This document shows positions 28,582-42,008 of a stretch of DNA of 64,000 nucleotides, one piece after another. How positions within the stretch are numbered: position 1 is the first letter of the stretch; each line of letters starts with the position of its first letter. Made by a program: the position numbers and the translations under genes. The notes beneath the pieces are model-generated. The model saw only the letters and a list, made by a program, of their open reading frames with translations, searched no databases and was not told where the DNA came from. The stretch is from an uncultured Planctomycetia bacterium (lineage in GTDB: Bacteria; Omnitrophota; Gorgyraeia; VGKH01; JBHPFN01), in contig CAYOSQ010000003.1 of the NCBI GenBank assembly GCA_964406665.1, positions 38,641 through 102,640 on the forward strand. The letters run 5' to 3'.

Positions 28582-29838
28582 ATGCGCTGGTCAAATTATT
28601 TGATTCCAACATTAAAAGAGGCACCAGAAGGTACAGAGGCAATAAGTCACAATCTTCTGCTGCGTGCAGGATTAGTTCGCATGCTTACTTCCGGGGTATA
28701 CATATATTTACCTCTGGGTCTTAGAGTATTAAATAATATTAAAGAAATTATCCGACAGGAACTTGATAAAGTTGGTTGCCAGGAACTTTTGTTGCCGGGA
28801 TTAATTCCATTAGAGCTATGGAAAAAAACAGGCAGGGATGAAGATTTAGCTCAAACACTGATTAGGTTTGAGGATAGGCGTGGCAGACAGTTAACCTTAG
28901 GCCCTACACATGAAGAAGTGATCACCGAGCTAGTTAGGACTCACGTACATTCTTATAGGGATTTGCCTATAACGCTTTATCAAATCCAAACTAAATTCCG
29001 AGATGAGATGCGTCCTCGGTTTGGACTTATCAGAGGATGTGAGTTTGTTATGAAAGATGCCTATAGTTTTGATCGGGATGAAAAAGGTCTCCAGAAAAGT
29101 TATCAGGTAATGTTTGAGGTTTACAAAAAAATATTCAATAGAATGAGACTTGATTTTTTAATTACTGAGGCTGATTCTGGCGTAATGGGTGGTGATATTT
29201 CTCACGAATTTATGATTCCTGCAGCCAGTGGTGAGGATATTGTTTTAACGTGCAATAAATGCGGGTTCTCTCAAACTGGTTCCCAAGAAGATGAAGATAT
29301 TAAATGTAAGAAATGCAAGGGTAAGCTTGAGAAAAAACAAGCGATTGAAGTTGGCCACATTTTCCAGCTGGGAACTAAGTATAGTAAATTACAAGGTGCA
29401 AATTATCTAGATAAAAACGGTAAACAACAGACAATTATAATGGGCTGTTATGGTATCGGCGTTAGTCGTTTGATATCTGCAGTTATTGAGCAAAATTACG
29501 ATGAACAGGGAATAAAGTGGCCTTTTGAGGTCGCCCCGTTTAAAGTGATAATAGTGCCTGTAAAAGCAGAGCCAAAACTAGAAAAATTAGCTCAAAGCTA
29601 TTATCAAGAGTTAAAGGAAAATGGTATTGAAGTATTATTGGATGATCGCGATATTTCTACAGGGGTGAAATTCAAAGATTCAGAATTAATTGGTATCCCG
29701 GTAAGTGTTATTATAGGTGAGAAGAATTTGAAAGATGGTAAGATTGAGATTAAGATACGTTCGGAAAAAGAGGCAATTAAGGTCGATAAAGATAAAGTAG
29801 TTGTACATGTATTAAAAATAATCAAAGAAGGTAAGTAA
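28582..29838 (+). CDS. proS: Prolyl-tRNA synthetase, short form without INS editing domain
   Basis: GPTHEE, YQIQTKFRDEMRPRFG, EVGHIFQLG, MGCYGIGVSR; 418 aa. Confidence 0.96.
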   Translation: MRWSNYLIPTLKEAPEGTEAISHNLLLRAGLVRMLTSGVYIYLPLGLRVLNNIKEIIRQELDKVGCQELLLPGLIPLELWKKTGRDEDLAQTLIRFEDRRGRQLTLGPTHEEVITELVRTHVHSYRDLPITLYQIQTKFRDEMRPRFGLIRGCEFVMKDAYSFDRDEKGLQKSYQVMFEVYKKIFNRMRLDFLITEADSGVMGGDISHEFMIPAASGEDIVLTCNKCGFSQTGSQEDEDIKCKKCKGKLEKKQAIEVGHIFQLGTKYSKLQGANYLDKNGKQQTIIMGCYGIGVSRLISAVIEQNYDEQGIKWPFEVAPFKVIIVPVKAEPKLEKLAQSYYQELKENGIEVLLDDRDISTGVKFKDSELIGIPVSVIIGEKNLKDGKIEIKIRSEKEAIKVDKDKVVVHVLKIIKEGK

Positions 29839-29844
29839 GGTATT

Positions 29845-30297
29845 ATGGAAAACGTAGTTGAAAAAATCGTAGATTTGATTTCGCCATTACTTGAAAGAGA
29901 AAAGATGGTTTTAGTCGATTTGAATATGCATAAAGGCAATAGAAAGATAGATTTAAAATTTCTTATCGATAGATGCAATGGAGGAATTACCTTAGATGAA
30001 TGTTCAAACATTAATTATAAAATTGGTAAATTAATTGAAGACGAGAATATAATACAAGAACATTATGTTCTTGAGGTTTCTTCTCCAGGATTAAAAAGAC
30101 CTTTATTTAATGTAAGTGATTTTAAAAGAGCTATCAATAAAGAAGCACATTTTTTCTTAAAAGATGCTATAGAAGACAAGCTAGAATTAAACGGTAAGAT
30201 TTTAACTGTTGACGAAGCTTGTGTTTCTGTTTTAGTTGAAGAGAAAGAAATAAAAATCCCTGTGGATACAATTGAGAAAGCAAAACAAATAATTTAA
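29845..30297 (+). CDS. rimP: Ribosome maturation factor
   Basis: GITLDEC, YVLEVSSPGLKRPL; precedes nusA. Confidence 0.93.
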   Translation: MENVVEKIVDLISPLLEREKMVLVDLNMHKGNRKIDLKFLIDRCNGGITLDECSNINYKIGKLIEDENIIQEHYVLEVSSPGLKRPLFNVSDFKRAINKEAHFFLKDAIEDKLELNGKILTVDEACVSVLVEEKEIKIPVDTIEKAKQII

Positions 30298-30313
30298 ACT
30301 TGCGAGGTATGTT

Positions 30314-31537
30314 ATGAATGAAGAACTTATGGCAATATTGGAACAACTTGAAAGAGATAAGGGTATAAAGAAAGAAATACTTATTGAGGCGGTAGAATCT
30401 GCTTTAGCAAGTGCTGCTAGAAAAGTATGGACTGGCGATAAGGAAGTCGATATAAAGGTAGAATTAGATAGGACAACTGGTAAGATCCGTGCATTCGCCG
30501 GAGACGAAGAAATAAAGTCTAATGATTTTGGCCGTATCGCCGCACAAACTGCTAAACAGGTTGTTATACAAAAAATTCGAGAAGCGGAGAAAGAAGTTAT
30601 CTATGGAGAATTCCAAGGTAGAGTTGGTGAAATAGTAAGCGGAACAGTCTATCGATTTGAAAAAGGTAATATTATTGTAGATTTAGGCAAGACAGAAGGC
30701 ATAATTCCTAAAAGCGAACAGTCAAATAAAGAAGAATTCCGTCAGGGAGAGCGTGTAAGAGCGTACGTTGCAGAAGTAAGAAAAGAAACCAGGGGGCCGC
30801 AAGTAGTGTTGTCTCGTACGCATCCATTTCTTGTTAGAAAATTATTTGAACTGGAAGTTCCTGAAATATACGAATCTATAGTTGAAATTAAGTCTATCTC
30901 GCGTGAAGCAGGAGACAGAACTAAAATAGCAGTTTGGTCAAAAGACGAAAAAGTAGATTGTGTAGGTGCCTGTGTTGGAATGCGTGGTTCACGTGTTAAG
31001 AATATTGTATCTGAACTACATGGTGAGAGAATAGACATTGTTAGATGGTCTGATGATACAAAACAATATATTACAGCCGCATTAAGCCCGGCGAAAATTC
31101 ACAGCATAAGATTAGATAGCGAAGAACATAGAGCAGCGGTGATAGTCGAAGAAGATCAGTTGTCGTTAGCCATAGGAAAAAGCGGACAGAATGTCAGGCT
31201 TGCTTCTAAGGTTACTGGCTGGGAATTAGATATACGTACTCAGGCTCAGGAAAATGAAGCTGATAAAAAGAAAGAAGAAGAGAAGGCTGTTGAGAAAAAA
31301 GCGGATGTCAAAAAAGCAGTGGCAAAAGAACCTAAGGCCAAGGAAGCTGATTTTACTTCTTTTTCTGGCGTAGGAGATAAAATGGCAGAATCTTTAAAAG
31401 AGGCTGGATTTGTTTCTGTTGAAGACATTGCTGCGGCTAAGCTTGAGGATTTATTAAAGGTAAAACGACTAGGAGAAAAGAAGGCTCAGGGTTTGATAAA
31501 AGAAGCAAAGAAACTTGCAAAGAAAGCAAAGAAATAA
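30314..31537 (+). CDS. nusA: Transcription termination/antitermination factor
   Basis: FGRIAAQTAKQV, LSRT, REAGDRTKIAV, GACVG, LAIGKSGQNVRLA; C-terminal HhH-like repeat. Confidence 0.97.
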   Translation: MNEELMAILEQLERDKGIKKEILIEAVESALASAARKVWTGDKEVDIKVELDRTTGKIRAFAGDEEIKSNDFGRIAAQTAKQVVIQKIREAEKEVIYGEFQGRVGEIVSGTVYRFEKGNIIVDLGKTEGIIPKSEQSNKEEFRQGERVRAYVAEVRKETRGPQVVLSRTHPFLVRKLFELEVPEIYESIVEIKSISREAGDRTKIAVWSKDEKVDCVGACVGMRGSRVKNIVSELHGERIDIVRWSDDTKQYITAALSPAKIHSIRLDSEEHRAAVIVEEDQLSLAIGKSGQNVRLASKVTGWELDIRTQAQENEADKKKEEEKAVEKKADVKKAVAKEPKAKEADFTSFSGVGDKMAESLKEAGFVSVEDIAAAKLEDLLKVKRLGEKKAQGLIKEAKKLAKKAKK

Positions 31538-31572
31538 TTATATTATATAATTAAGAAAAGGATAGAAAATAC

Positions 31573-33756
31573 ATGCGCGTTCATGAACTAGCCAAGGAGC
31601 TAAAAATATCTAGCAACGAACTAATCGATAAGCTTAAAAAGATTAAAGTGAAAGTTAAAGGCCATATGTCTGCTTTGGATGTTTCTGTTGTAGAAAAAAT
31701 TAAGAAAGAATCAAAAGCCTCTAAGCCAAAAAAAGAAAAAGCAAAGAAAGAAGTAAAGCTTAAAGCAAAAAAGACTAAAGCTCCAGCAGCTAAGAAAAAA
31801 CAAGCAGCAAAACCAAAAACAAGAAAAAAGGCAGCTCCTAAGGCAAAAACTGAAGCTGCTAGCTTACCTGTAGAAGAAGCTATGGAGGAGGTTGCTGAAG
31901 TTAAAGAAGATGTTGAGGTCAAGAGTCAAGTATCAGCTGAAGAAAATCTTGATGAAGAAATAATTGCTGAAGAAGAAGTTCCTGAGGTTGACGATGGTCT
32001 AGAACCGTTAGAATTGGATATCCCAATTTCGGTTAAGGATCTTTCTATCAAGCTTCAACTAAAACCCAGTTTATTAATGAAAGAATTAATAGGCATGGGA
32101 GTATTTGCCAACATTAATCAAAGTTTAGATGAAGAAATAGCAAAGAATATTTTGGTTAAATATGGATTCAGGCTTAAGAAATCGCTTACACAGGAAGAGC
32201 GAATCTTAGAATTCCATCGGCAAGAATCAGTAGATGAAGGAAGTATGCATCATCGTCCTCCGGTAGTTACTTTTATGGGTCATGTTGATCATGGAAAGAC
32301 TTCTCTGCTAGATTTAATTCGAAAGACAAAGATTGCTGAGAAAGAGCACGGTGGTATCACTCAGCATATCGGTGCGTATAAAGTTAAATTAGGTAAGGGG
32401 CAAATTACTTTTTTAGATACTCCGGGTCATGAAGCTTTTACAGCGATGCGTGCACGAGGAGCTAATATTACGGATGTTGTTGTCTTGGTAGTTGCTGCTG
32501 ACGAAGGGATTATGCCTCAAACCGTTGAGGCGATTAACCATTCTCGCGCAGCAGAGGTTCCTATCGTTGTTGCAATTAATAAAATCGATCGTCCTAATGC
32601 CGATATTGATAAAGTAAAAAAACAGCTTGCTGATTTAGATTTAAATCCAGAAGATTGGGGTGGCAAGACGATTACCGCAGGAGTTTCTGCTAAAACAGGT
32701 GAAGGTATTGACAATTTACTTGAGTTGATTCTTTTAGAAGCTGAAATGTTGGAGTTAAAAGCAAATCATGAAAAGAATGCATCCGGGATAGTAGTTGAGG
32801 CAAAAATTAGCAAGGGAAAGGGTTCATTAATAACAGCTATTGTTCACGATGGAAGTTTACATGTTGGAGATATTGTTATAGTCGGTAATTTTTATGGGAA
32901 AGTGCGCGCCCTTTTAGATGATAGGGAGCATAAAATAACAGCAGCCGGGCCCTCATCTCCGGTAGAGATCCTGGGTATTAATGGTGTTCCTGAAGCCGGT
33001 GAGCAATTTTATGTTGTAGATGACGAAAGAACTGCCCGGGATATTTGTTTTAAGCGTCAAGAATTAAAAAAGAAAGAGAAGATGCAGCCAGCTCATAAGC
33101 TAAGTCTGGATGAGATTTATAGTCAGATTAAGGCTGGAAAAGTTAAAGAAGTAAGGTTGGTTGTTAAAGCTGATGTGCAAGGTTCCCTGGAAGCTTTAAA
33201 GGATTCTTTGGATAAGTTACCAACTGCAGAGGTAAAGCTAAAAGTTATCCATTCAGGAGTCGGAGTTATTAATGCATCTGATGTTGTTTTAGCTAGTGCA
33301 TCAAATGCAATAATCATGGGATTCCATGTTGAAATAGCTCCTGCTGTTGAAGAGCAGGCTGAGAAAGAAGGCATAGACATCAGGACATATCGTATTATTT
33401 ACGATGCCGTAAGTGATATTAAAGCTGCCTTAGAAGGTTTATTAGAACCGAAGGTAAAGAAAGTGTTTATTGCCCGTGCAGAAATTAGACAAGTGTTTAA
33501 ATTATCCAGGCATGGAATAGTAGCTGGTTCTTTTGTTCAAAAGGGAAAGATTACCAGAAACCTCCATGCTGAATTATCCAGAAACGGAGAGGTGGTTTAT
33601 CAGGGAAAACTTTCTTCTCTTAAGAGATTTAAAGATGATGTTAAAGAGGTGGCTGAAGGTTTCGAGTGCGGTTTTACCCTGGATGATTTTACTGAATATA
33701 TGCAGGGAGACATAGTAGATTTCTATACTATTGAAAAAATAGCAAGAACATTATAG
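31573..33756 (+). CDS. infB: Translation initiation factor IF-2
   Basis: MRVHELAKEL, GHVDHGKT, GGITQHIGAY, DTPGHEAF, NKID, KADVQGS, SLKRFKDDV. Confidence 0.98.
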   Translation: MRVHELAKELKISSNELIDKLKKIKVKVKGHMSALDVSVVEKIKKESKASKPKKEKAKKEVKLKAKKTKAPAAKKKQAAKPKTRKKAAPKAKTEAASLPVEEAMEEVAEVKEDVEVKSQVSAEENLDEEIIAEEEVPEVDDGLEPLELDIPISVKDLSIKLQLKPSLLMKELIGMGVFANINQSLDEEIAKNILVKYGFRLKKSLTQEERILEFHRQESVDEGSMHHRPPVVTFMGHVDHGKTSLLDLIRKTKIAEKEHGGITQHIGAYKVKLGKGQITFLDTPGHEAFTAMRARGANITDVVVLVVAADEGIMPQTVEAINHSRAAEVPIVVAINKIDRPNADIDKVKKQLADLDLNPEDWGGKTITAGVSAKTGEGIDNLLELILLEAEMLELKANHEKNASGIVVEAKISKGKGSLITAIVHDGSLHVGDIVIVGNFYGKVRALLDDREHKITAAGPSSPVEILGINGVPEAGEQFYVVDDERTARDICFKRQELKKKEKMQPAHKLSLDEIYSQIKAGKVKEVRLVVKADVQGSLEALKDSLDKLPTAEVKLKVIHSGVGVINASDVVLASASNAIIMGFHVEIAPAVEEQAEKEGIDIRTYRIIYDAVSDIKAALEGLLEPKVKKVFIARAEIRQVFKLSRHGIVAGSFVQKGKITRNLHAELSRNGEVVYQGKLSSLKRFKDDVKEVAEGFECGFTLDDFTEYMQGDIVDFYTIEKIARTL

Positions 33757-33772
33757 AGGAGGTATTATAATA

Positions 33773-34765
33773 ATGTCTACAACGGCAAAAAAGCGCATTT
33801 TAAGTGGTATGAGGCCTACAGGAAAATTACATTTGGGTCATTTAGTTGGCGCTTTGAGCAATTGGACAGAATTACAGCAAGAGTATGAATGTTATTTTAT
33901 GGTTGCTGATTGGCATTCGCTTATGAGTGAATACATGAATCCAAAAACCATAATAGAAAATTCTTTAGATAATGTTATTGATTGGATAAGTTGCGGCATT
34001 GATTACGAAAAATCTACAATTTTTCTTCAATCTGATGTAAGCGAGCACTTAGAGTTAAATATGCTTTTCTCCTGTATAACACCTTTAGGCTGGCTTAAAA
34101 GATGTCCCACCTATAAAGAACAACTTAAAGAAGTAAAAGACAAAGATTTAGAAACTTATGCATTCTTAGGTTATCCAGTATTGCAGGCCGCTGATATTCT
34201 TATGTATAAGGCTAACGCAGTCCCCGTAGGCGAGGATCAACTTCCACACTTGGAATTAACGCGTGAGTTAGCACGCAGATTCAATCATCTTTATAAAGCT
34301 AATTTACCTGAACCTAAAGCATTGCTAACGAAGATCCCCAGATTATTAGGTCTAGATGGACGTAAGATGAGTAAGTCGTATAAGAATACTATTGATTTAT
34401 CTGATTCGATTACTGATGTAAAGAAGAAGGTTCAGGGTATGTTTACAGATCCTAAGCGAATACGTAGAAATGATCCCGGACATCCGGACAAATGCAATGT
34501 ACTTAATTACTATTCTGTATTTGCACCAGAGAAAAAAGAAGAAATCGCCGAAGGCTGTAAAAAAGCCGAGATAGGGTGTACTGAATGCAAAAAAATGCTT
34601 GCAGATATATTGGTAGGTATTTTAAGTCCTATACAGGAGAAAAGAAATGAGCTATTGAAAGAAAAAGACAAGCTGAAAGTTATACTGCAAAATGGTAAAG
34701 AAAAAGCGCAAAAGGCAGCCCGAGAAACTTTAAAAGAAGCAAAAGAGGCAATGTTTAAGAAATGA
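33773..34765 (+). CDS. trpS: Tryptophanyl-tRNA synthetase
   Basis: SGMRPTGKLHLGH, YPVLQAADI, VPVGEDQ, KMSKS. Confidence 0.97.
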   Translation: MSTTAKKRILSGMRPTGKLHLGHLVGALSNWTELQQEYECYFMVADWHSLMSEYMNPKTIIENSLDNVIDWISCGIDYEKSTIFLQSDVSEHLELNMLFSCITPLGWLKRCPTYKEQLKEVKDKDLETYAFLGYPVLQAADILMYKANAVPVGEDQLPHLELTRELARRFNHLYKANLPEPKALLTKIPRLLGLDGRKMSKSYKNTIDLSDSITDVKKKVQGMFTDPKRIRRNDPGHPDKCNVLNYYSVFAPEKKEEIAEGCKKAEIGCTECKKMLADILVGILSPIQEKRNELLKEKDKLKVILQNGKEKAQKAARETLKEAKEAMFKK

Positions 34766-35517
34766 ACTATAAGCTAAAATTAGAATTTTTCGAAGGTCCA
34801 TTAGACCTTTTATTATATCTCATTAAAAAAAATGAAGTTAATATTTGTGACATATCTATTGCAGATGTCACGGAGCAGTATTTACAGTATATAGAGTTAA
34901 TGAAATTGTTAGATTTAGATGTTATCGGAGATTTTCTTGTTATGGCGGCAACTTTAATTCAGATAAAATCAAGGATGCTTCTTCCTCAGGAAGAAACTCA
35001 AGAAGAGGAAGAAGAAGATCCAAGGTCAGAATTAGTTAAAAGGCTTCTTGAATACCAGAAGTTTAAAGAGGCAGCAACTGAGTTGCGCGAAAGAGAAGTT
35101 AAGCAAAAAGAATTTTTTGTGCGTCCTGCGGATGATTCGATTAAAGCCGAACATCAGGAAAAAGAAGTATATTTTGAAGCAAGCCTCTTTGATTTGATTA
35201 GTGCATTCTCAAATGCACTTAAAGATTTGCCCAAGGAAGCTTTTTATGAAATAATTAAAGATGAATATACGGTCGATGAGAAAATTCACGATTTATTACA
35301 CATGCTTCTTATAAAACCAGAAGTTAGTATCGTCGATCTATTTAAGAGATCAAGAAATAAGTTGGAAGTTGTAGCTTACTTTTTAGCGATTTTAGAGTTA
35401 ATTCGTCTTAAAGAAATTGTTGTAGTACAGAGGCAGGTATTTGGGGAAATTAAAATTATAAGAAATACATCTAACATAACCATAGATGGAAGAAAATCGC
35501 CAGAGACTAATAGTTAA
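34762..35517 (+). CDS. scpA: Segregation and condensation protein A (kleisin)
   Basis: FEGPLDLLLYLI, FLVMAATL..IKSRMLLP, DPR.ELV.RLLEY, FLAILEL. Confidence 0.95.
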   Translation: MNYKLKLEFFEGPLDLLLYLIKKNEVNICDISIADVTEQYLQYIELMKLLDLDVIGDFLVMAATLIQIKSRMLLPQEETQEEEEEDPRSELVKRLLEYQKFKEAATELREREVKQKEFFVRPADDSIKAEHQEKEVYFEASLFDLISAFSNALKDLPKEAFYEIIKDEYTVDEKIHDLLHMLLIKPEVSIVDLFKRSRNKLEVVAYFLAILELIRLKEIVVVQRQVFGEIKIIRNTSNITIDGRKSPETNS

Positions 35518-36517
35518 TCAAGAAACAGAAGAGGATATAGTAGTAAATATATCTTTGCGACCCACTAATCTTTCTGAGTTTGTAGGTCAGAAGGATTTGG
35601 TTGATAATTTACAGGTTTCCTTAACAGCTGCTAAACAGCGTTTAGAACCACTTGAGCATGTTTTGTTATCCGGTCCTCCTGGGTTAGGGAAGACTTCTTT
35701 GTCTCATATTATTGCTCATGAGATGGGTACAAAGATAACAGCTACTTCTGGTCCTGCAATTGAGAGGGCAGGAGATTTAATAGGAATACTAACGAACTTG
35801 GAAAAGGGTGACATTCTTTTCATTGATGAAATTCACCGGCTTTCAAAGGTAGTTGAAGAGTTTCTCTATCCTGCAATGGAAAATTTCCAAATAGATTTTA
35901 TTATTGATAAAGGCCCTTATGCGAAAACCATAAAATTTAATCTTAAGCCCTTTACTTTAGTTGGCGCAACAACTCGAAGTGGTTTATTGACTGCTCCTTT
36001 AAGGGCTCGTTTCGGAATTTTACATCATCTAGATTTTTATTCAGATGAAGATTTAAGCTGCATTGTCAAGAATTCTGCAAAAGCGCTTAATCTAGAGATT
36101 GAAGATGATGCTACGGTTGCGATAGCCCGTAGGTCTCGGGGAACTCCCCGGATTGCTAATAGATTGTTGCGCAGGGTAAGAGATTATGCACAGGTCAAGC
36201 ACCCTAAAGAAAAAGTCAATCAAGAGTTAGTGGGCAAAGCTTTAACTGCAATCGGCATAGACAATGCCGGCTTAGATGAAATTGACAGGAAAGTGTTAAA
36301 AATAATTTTAAATACTTATAAAGGTGGACCCGTAGGCATTGATTCTTTAGCAGCAACCCTAAACGAAGAAGTGGATACTATAGTGGATTGCATCGAACCA
36401 TATTTGCTTAAGGCAGGTTTTTTAAAAAGAACAACTAGGGGCCGCCAGCTAACAGATGTAGCGTATAAACACTTCGATAAACCTCGCAAAACTCGAGCTG
36501 AGAAAGAATTGTTCTAA
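35486..36517 (+). CDS. ruvB: Holliday junction branch migration ATPase
   Basis: SLRP...FVGQ, GPPGLGKT, FIDEIHR, GATTR, SRGTPRIANRLLRRVRD, GGPVG, EPYL. Confidence 0.98.
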   Translation: MEENRQRLIVNQETEEDIVVNISLRPTNLSEFVGQKDLVDNLQVSLTAAKQRLEPLEHVLLSGPPGLGKTSLSHIIAHEMGTKITATSGPAIERAGDLIGILTNLEKGDILFIDEIHRLSKVVEEFLYPAMENFQIDFIIDKGPYAKTIKFNLKPFTLVGATTRSGLLTAPLRARFGILHHLDFYSDEDLSCIVKNSAKALNLEIEDDATVAIARRSRGTPRIANRLLRRVRDYAQVKHPKEKVNQELVGKALTAIGIDNAGLDEIDRKVLKIILNTYKGGPVGIDSLAATLNEEVDTIVDCIEPYLLKAGFLKRTTRGRQLTDVAYKHFDKPRKTRAEKELF

Positions 36518-36525
36518 GTTTAAAT

Positions 36526-37059
36526 ATGAAATTGTTGCTTCATGTATGTTGTGGACCTTGCTTAATTTATCCTTATAGGGAGTTAGCCAGAGAAGGGTTT
36601 GAAGTAGAGGGATATTTTTATAATCCTAACATTCATCCTTTAGCAGAGCATAGAAAACGACAGGAAGCCGTTGAAGCAATATCTAAAGATTTAAATATTA
36701 AGACTAATTATTTTGAATATAATTTTGAACAGTTCTTTTTAGCTATAGGCAAAGATACAGAAAGCCCACAAAGGTGCAAAAAGTGTTGGGAATTACGCCT
36801 TAAGAATACAGCTGAATTTGCCAAGGAAAACAACTATGAGAATTTCTCAACAACTTTACTGGTTAGCCCTTACCAAGATCTTGAAGCAATACAGACAATA
36901 GGTGATAAAATTGCCGAAGAGGTTGGGGTTAATTTTATTTTTCGCGATTTTAGAATAGGATTCCGCCAGGCGCATAACGAGGCTAAGGATAAAGAGATTT
37001 ATTGCCAGAAATATTGCGGTTGTTTGTTTTCAGAAAGGGAAAGGTATAATAAAAGATGA
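36526..37059 (+). CDS. queH: Epoxyqueuosine reductase QueH (DUF208)
   Basis: LLHVCCGPC, FYNPNIHP, RCKKC, STTLLVSP, YCGC; near queA and tgt. Confidence 0.92.
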   Translation: MKLLLHVCCGPCLIYPYRELAREGFEVEGYFYNPNIHPLAEHRKRQEAVEAISKDLNIKTNYFEYNFEQFFLAIGKDTESPQRCKKCWELRLKNTAEFAKENNYENFSTTLLVSPYQDLEAIQTIGDKIAEEVGVNFIFRDFRIGFRQAHNEAKDKEIYCQKYCGCLFSERERYNKR

Positions 37060-37280
37060 GCGAGATAAGTATATTTGGTAGAGTTATAGTTGTTATGGGT
37101 GGGATTTTCTTGCTGCTTGGAATTATACTTTGTTTTGCAGATAAAATTCCATGGTTCGGTAAATTGCCTGGTGATTTTATGATTTCAAAGAAAGATGTCT
37201 CCTTCTACTTTCCAATTGCAACTAGTCTTCTAATTAGTATAATTATTACATTGTTCCTCTGGCTATGGTATCGAAAATAA
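37056..37280 (+). CDS. DUF2905 family small membrane protein
   Basis: Two TM helices flanking GKLPGD...FYFPIATS; usual ruvB-queA neighbourhood. Confidence 0.85.
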   Translation: MSEISIFGRVIVVMGGIFLLLGIILCFADKIPWFGKLPGDFMISKKDVSFYFPIATSLLISIIITLFLWLWYRK

Positions 37281-38396
37281 TAAAGATAATCTTAGGGTTT
37301 TTTATTATTGCTTGCCTTTATGTTAATTTAACTGCTTATGAGCAGAAGTTTGTGCGTGTTGCTGTTTTAAAAGATGCAAAAACCTTTAATTTGAGCATTG
37401 CAGGCGGCTTTAAGGTTTTTGCTCTTTATACTGGAGAAGAGCTACAAACTTCTAGACGGTTGAAAAGATCAAAAGTAGCTCCTTTATCTAGAGGATTAAA
37501 AATAGGTAGTGATGTTTTTCCTATTGTAGGAGTTAAAATAATCCCTGATAAAGATGCATCAATCTATATAAATAAGCGAAGGTTCAGAGGAGAAATTGAT
37601 ATTATTCGCGAGAAGGATTTGCAACTTCTTGTGGTGAATCGGCTTGACGTAGAGGATTATATTAGAGGGGTTCTTTATCATGAAATATCACATAGATGGC
37701 CACTGGAGGCAATTAAGGCTCAGGCTGTTGCGGCCAGAACCTATGCTTATTATCAAACTATAGTCAATAAAGAGAAAGATTATGATGTAACTTCTGATAT
37801 TTATTCTCAGGTTTACGGGGGTAAGACTTCTGAAAAGCTGCGAACTAATATTGCAGTTGATAGAACTTTAGGAGAAGTTTTGTTTTATAAAGGAGATATT
37901 CTTCCTGCTTTTTTTCACGCAACCTGCGCAGGCCATACTGAAGATGCCAGTAATCTGTGGAAGGTTGATCTAATACCTTTAAAAGGTGTACCATGTGAAT
38001 TTTGTAGAAGAGCCCCACATTATAGGTGGAAACGAAACCTAAGATTAAAAGATATCCAAGATAAGCTAAATAAAGCTGGTTATGATATTTGGTTAATTGA
38101 GAATATTGAAGTAGTAGAAAGAAATAAATCCAAAAGGATCATTACTATAAAGATTACTGATAGGTTAGAGAAGAGCATTACTATTTCTGGTAAAGATTTT
38201 CGCCTGCTTGTTGGACCTAATACAATAAGAAGCAATAATTATTCTGTTGTAATGAAAGGCTATTATGTTGATTTTTTAGGGTATGGCTGGGGTCATGGAG
38301 TTGGTCTGTGCCAATGGGGTGCGTATTTTATGTCCCGTAAAGGGATGAAATATAAAGAGATCCTTAACTATTATTATCCACATACTAAAATTATAA

Positions 38397-38410
<14 letters not shown>
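37265..38410 (+). CDS. SpoIID/LytB-family lytic transglycosylase
   Basis: EDYIRGV..E, EAIKAQAVAARTY, SQVY, FFHATCAGHTE, GWGHGVGLCQWGA. Confidence 0.92.
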
Positions 38411-41202
<2,792 letters not shown>

Positions 41203-41256
41203 TAGCTAAACAGGATGGCACAAGCTCAAAACGGGCTTAGTTTAAAAAGGAGAGGT

Positions 41257-41856
41257 ATGATGAAAAAAGTTTTATTTGTTTCTTTAGTAGTAGGTGTGTT
41301 TTTCAGCTTCGTTTTGGTTGGTTGTGGTGGACAGCAAGAAGAAAAAGACATGGTTAAAGAAGATGCTGTATCAGCCGATAAAGTTATCAAAGATTTCGTT
41401 GAGACAGTGAAAGTTCCTCAGGAAAAATTTAGCTTTGAAGAAGTAGATATAGCTTTATTCCAAAGGTTAAAGCAGGCCGGTGGAAAAAGTGATGCCGAAG
41501 CTTTTGAATTAATGGGACTTAGTTATTTTAAACAACAGACAAACGATAAAGCTATCTTGTTTTTAAAGAGAGCCGTCGAGTTAGATCCGAGCCTTTTTGG
41601 CTCTTGGTATACCCTAGGTTTACTTCATATAAATACAAAACAGGGCAATGATTACTTTTTGAAATCTATTGAAGTTAATCCTGATTATGCCTTGCCTTAT
41701 TATTATTTAGCTTTCACTTATTTTAATCATAAAGCATACAAGGAAGCTGCTATTCTTTTTACAAAATACTTAGAGGTTGCAAAAGACGATCCTAGCGAGG
41801 TAGATCGTTATAAAGCTGTACAGGAAATATTGAATAAGATGCGCGGATCTAATTAA
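41257..41856 (+). CDS. TPR-repeat lipoprotein
   Basis: RBS AGGAGAGG favours ATG 41257 or 41260 over 41215; lipobox LVGC; about three TPR-like repeats (AVELDP, SIEVNP). Confidence 0.8.
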   Translation: MMKKVLFVSLVVGVFFSFVLVGCGGQQEEKDMVKEDAVSADKVIKDFVETVKVPQEKFSFEEVDIALFQRLKQAGGKSDAEAFELMGLSYFKQQTNDKAILFLKRAVELDPSLFGSWYTLGLLHINTKQGNDYFLKSIEVNPDYALPYYYLAFTYFNHKAYKEAAILFTKYLEVAKDDPSEVDRYKAVQEILNKMRGSN

Positions 41857-41941
41857 GAAATTCCGGCTAGGTGTAAGTTTAAACCTATTATGAAGTAGAG
41901 TTTATCTCGTTTTCGATAGTTGATAATTTTTCCAAAGTTAT

Positions 41942-41969
41942 TTGCAAAAAGGCCATTATTAGGTATAAT
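41942..41969 (+). promoter_or_regulatory. sigma70 promoter for rplS and downstream genes
   Basis: TTGCAA, 16 bp spacer, TATAAT (41964-41969). Confidence 0.6.
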
Positions 41970-42008
41970 ACGTCATAAAACTTCAAGTAATATTCAAGGA
42001 GGAAAATA

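Noticed and set aside
31240-31990. Lys/Ala/Glu-rich low-complexity stretches in NusA C-terminus and IF-2 N-terminus
   Set aside because: Common disordered linkers in these proteins, not true tandem repeats
41203-41256. Possible sigma54 site (TGGCAC) or riboswitch before the TPR lipoprotein
   Set aside because: No TTGC at the -12 position and no match to a riboswitch consensus that I can recognise
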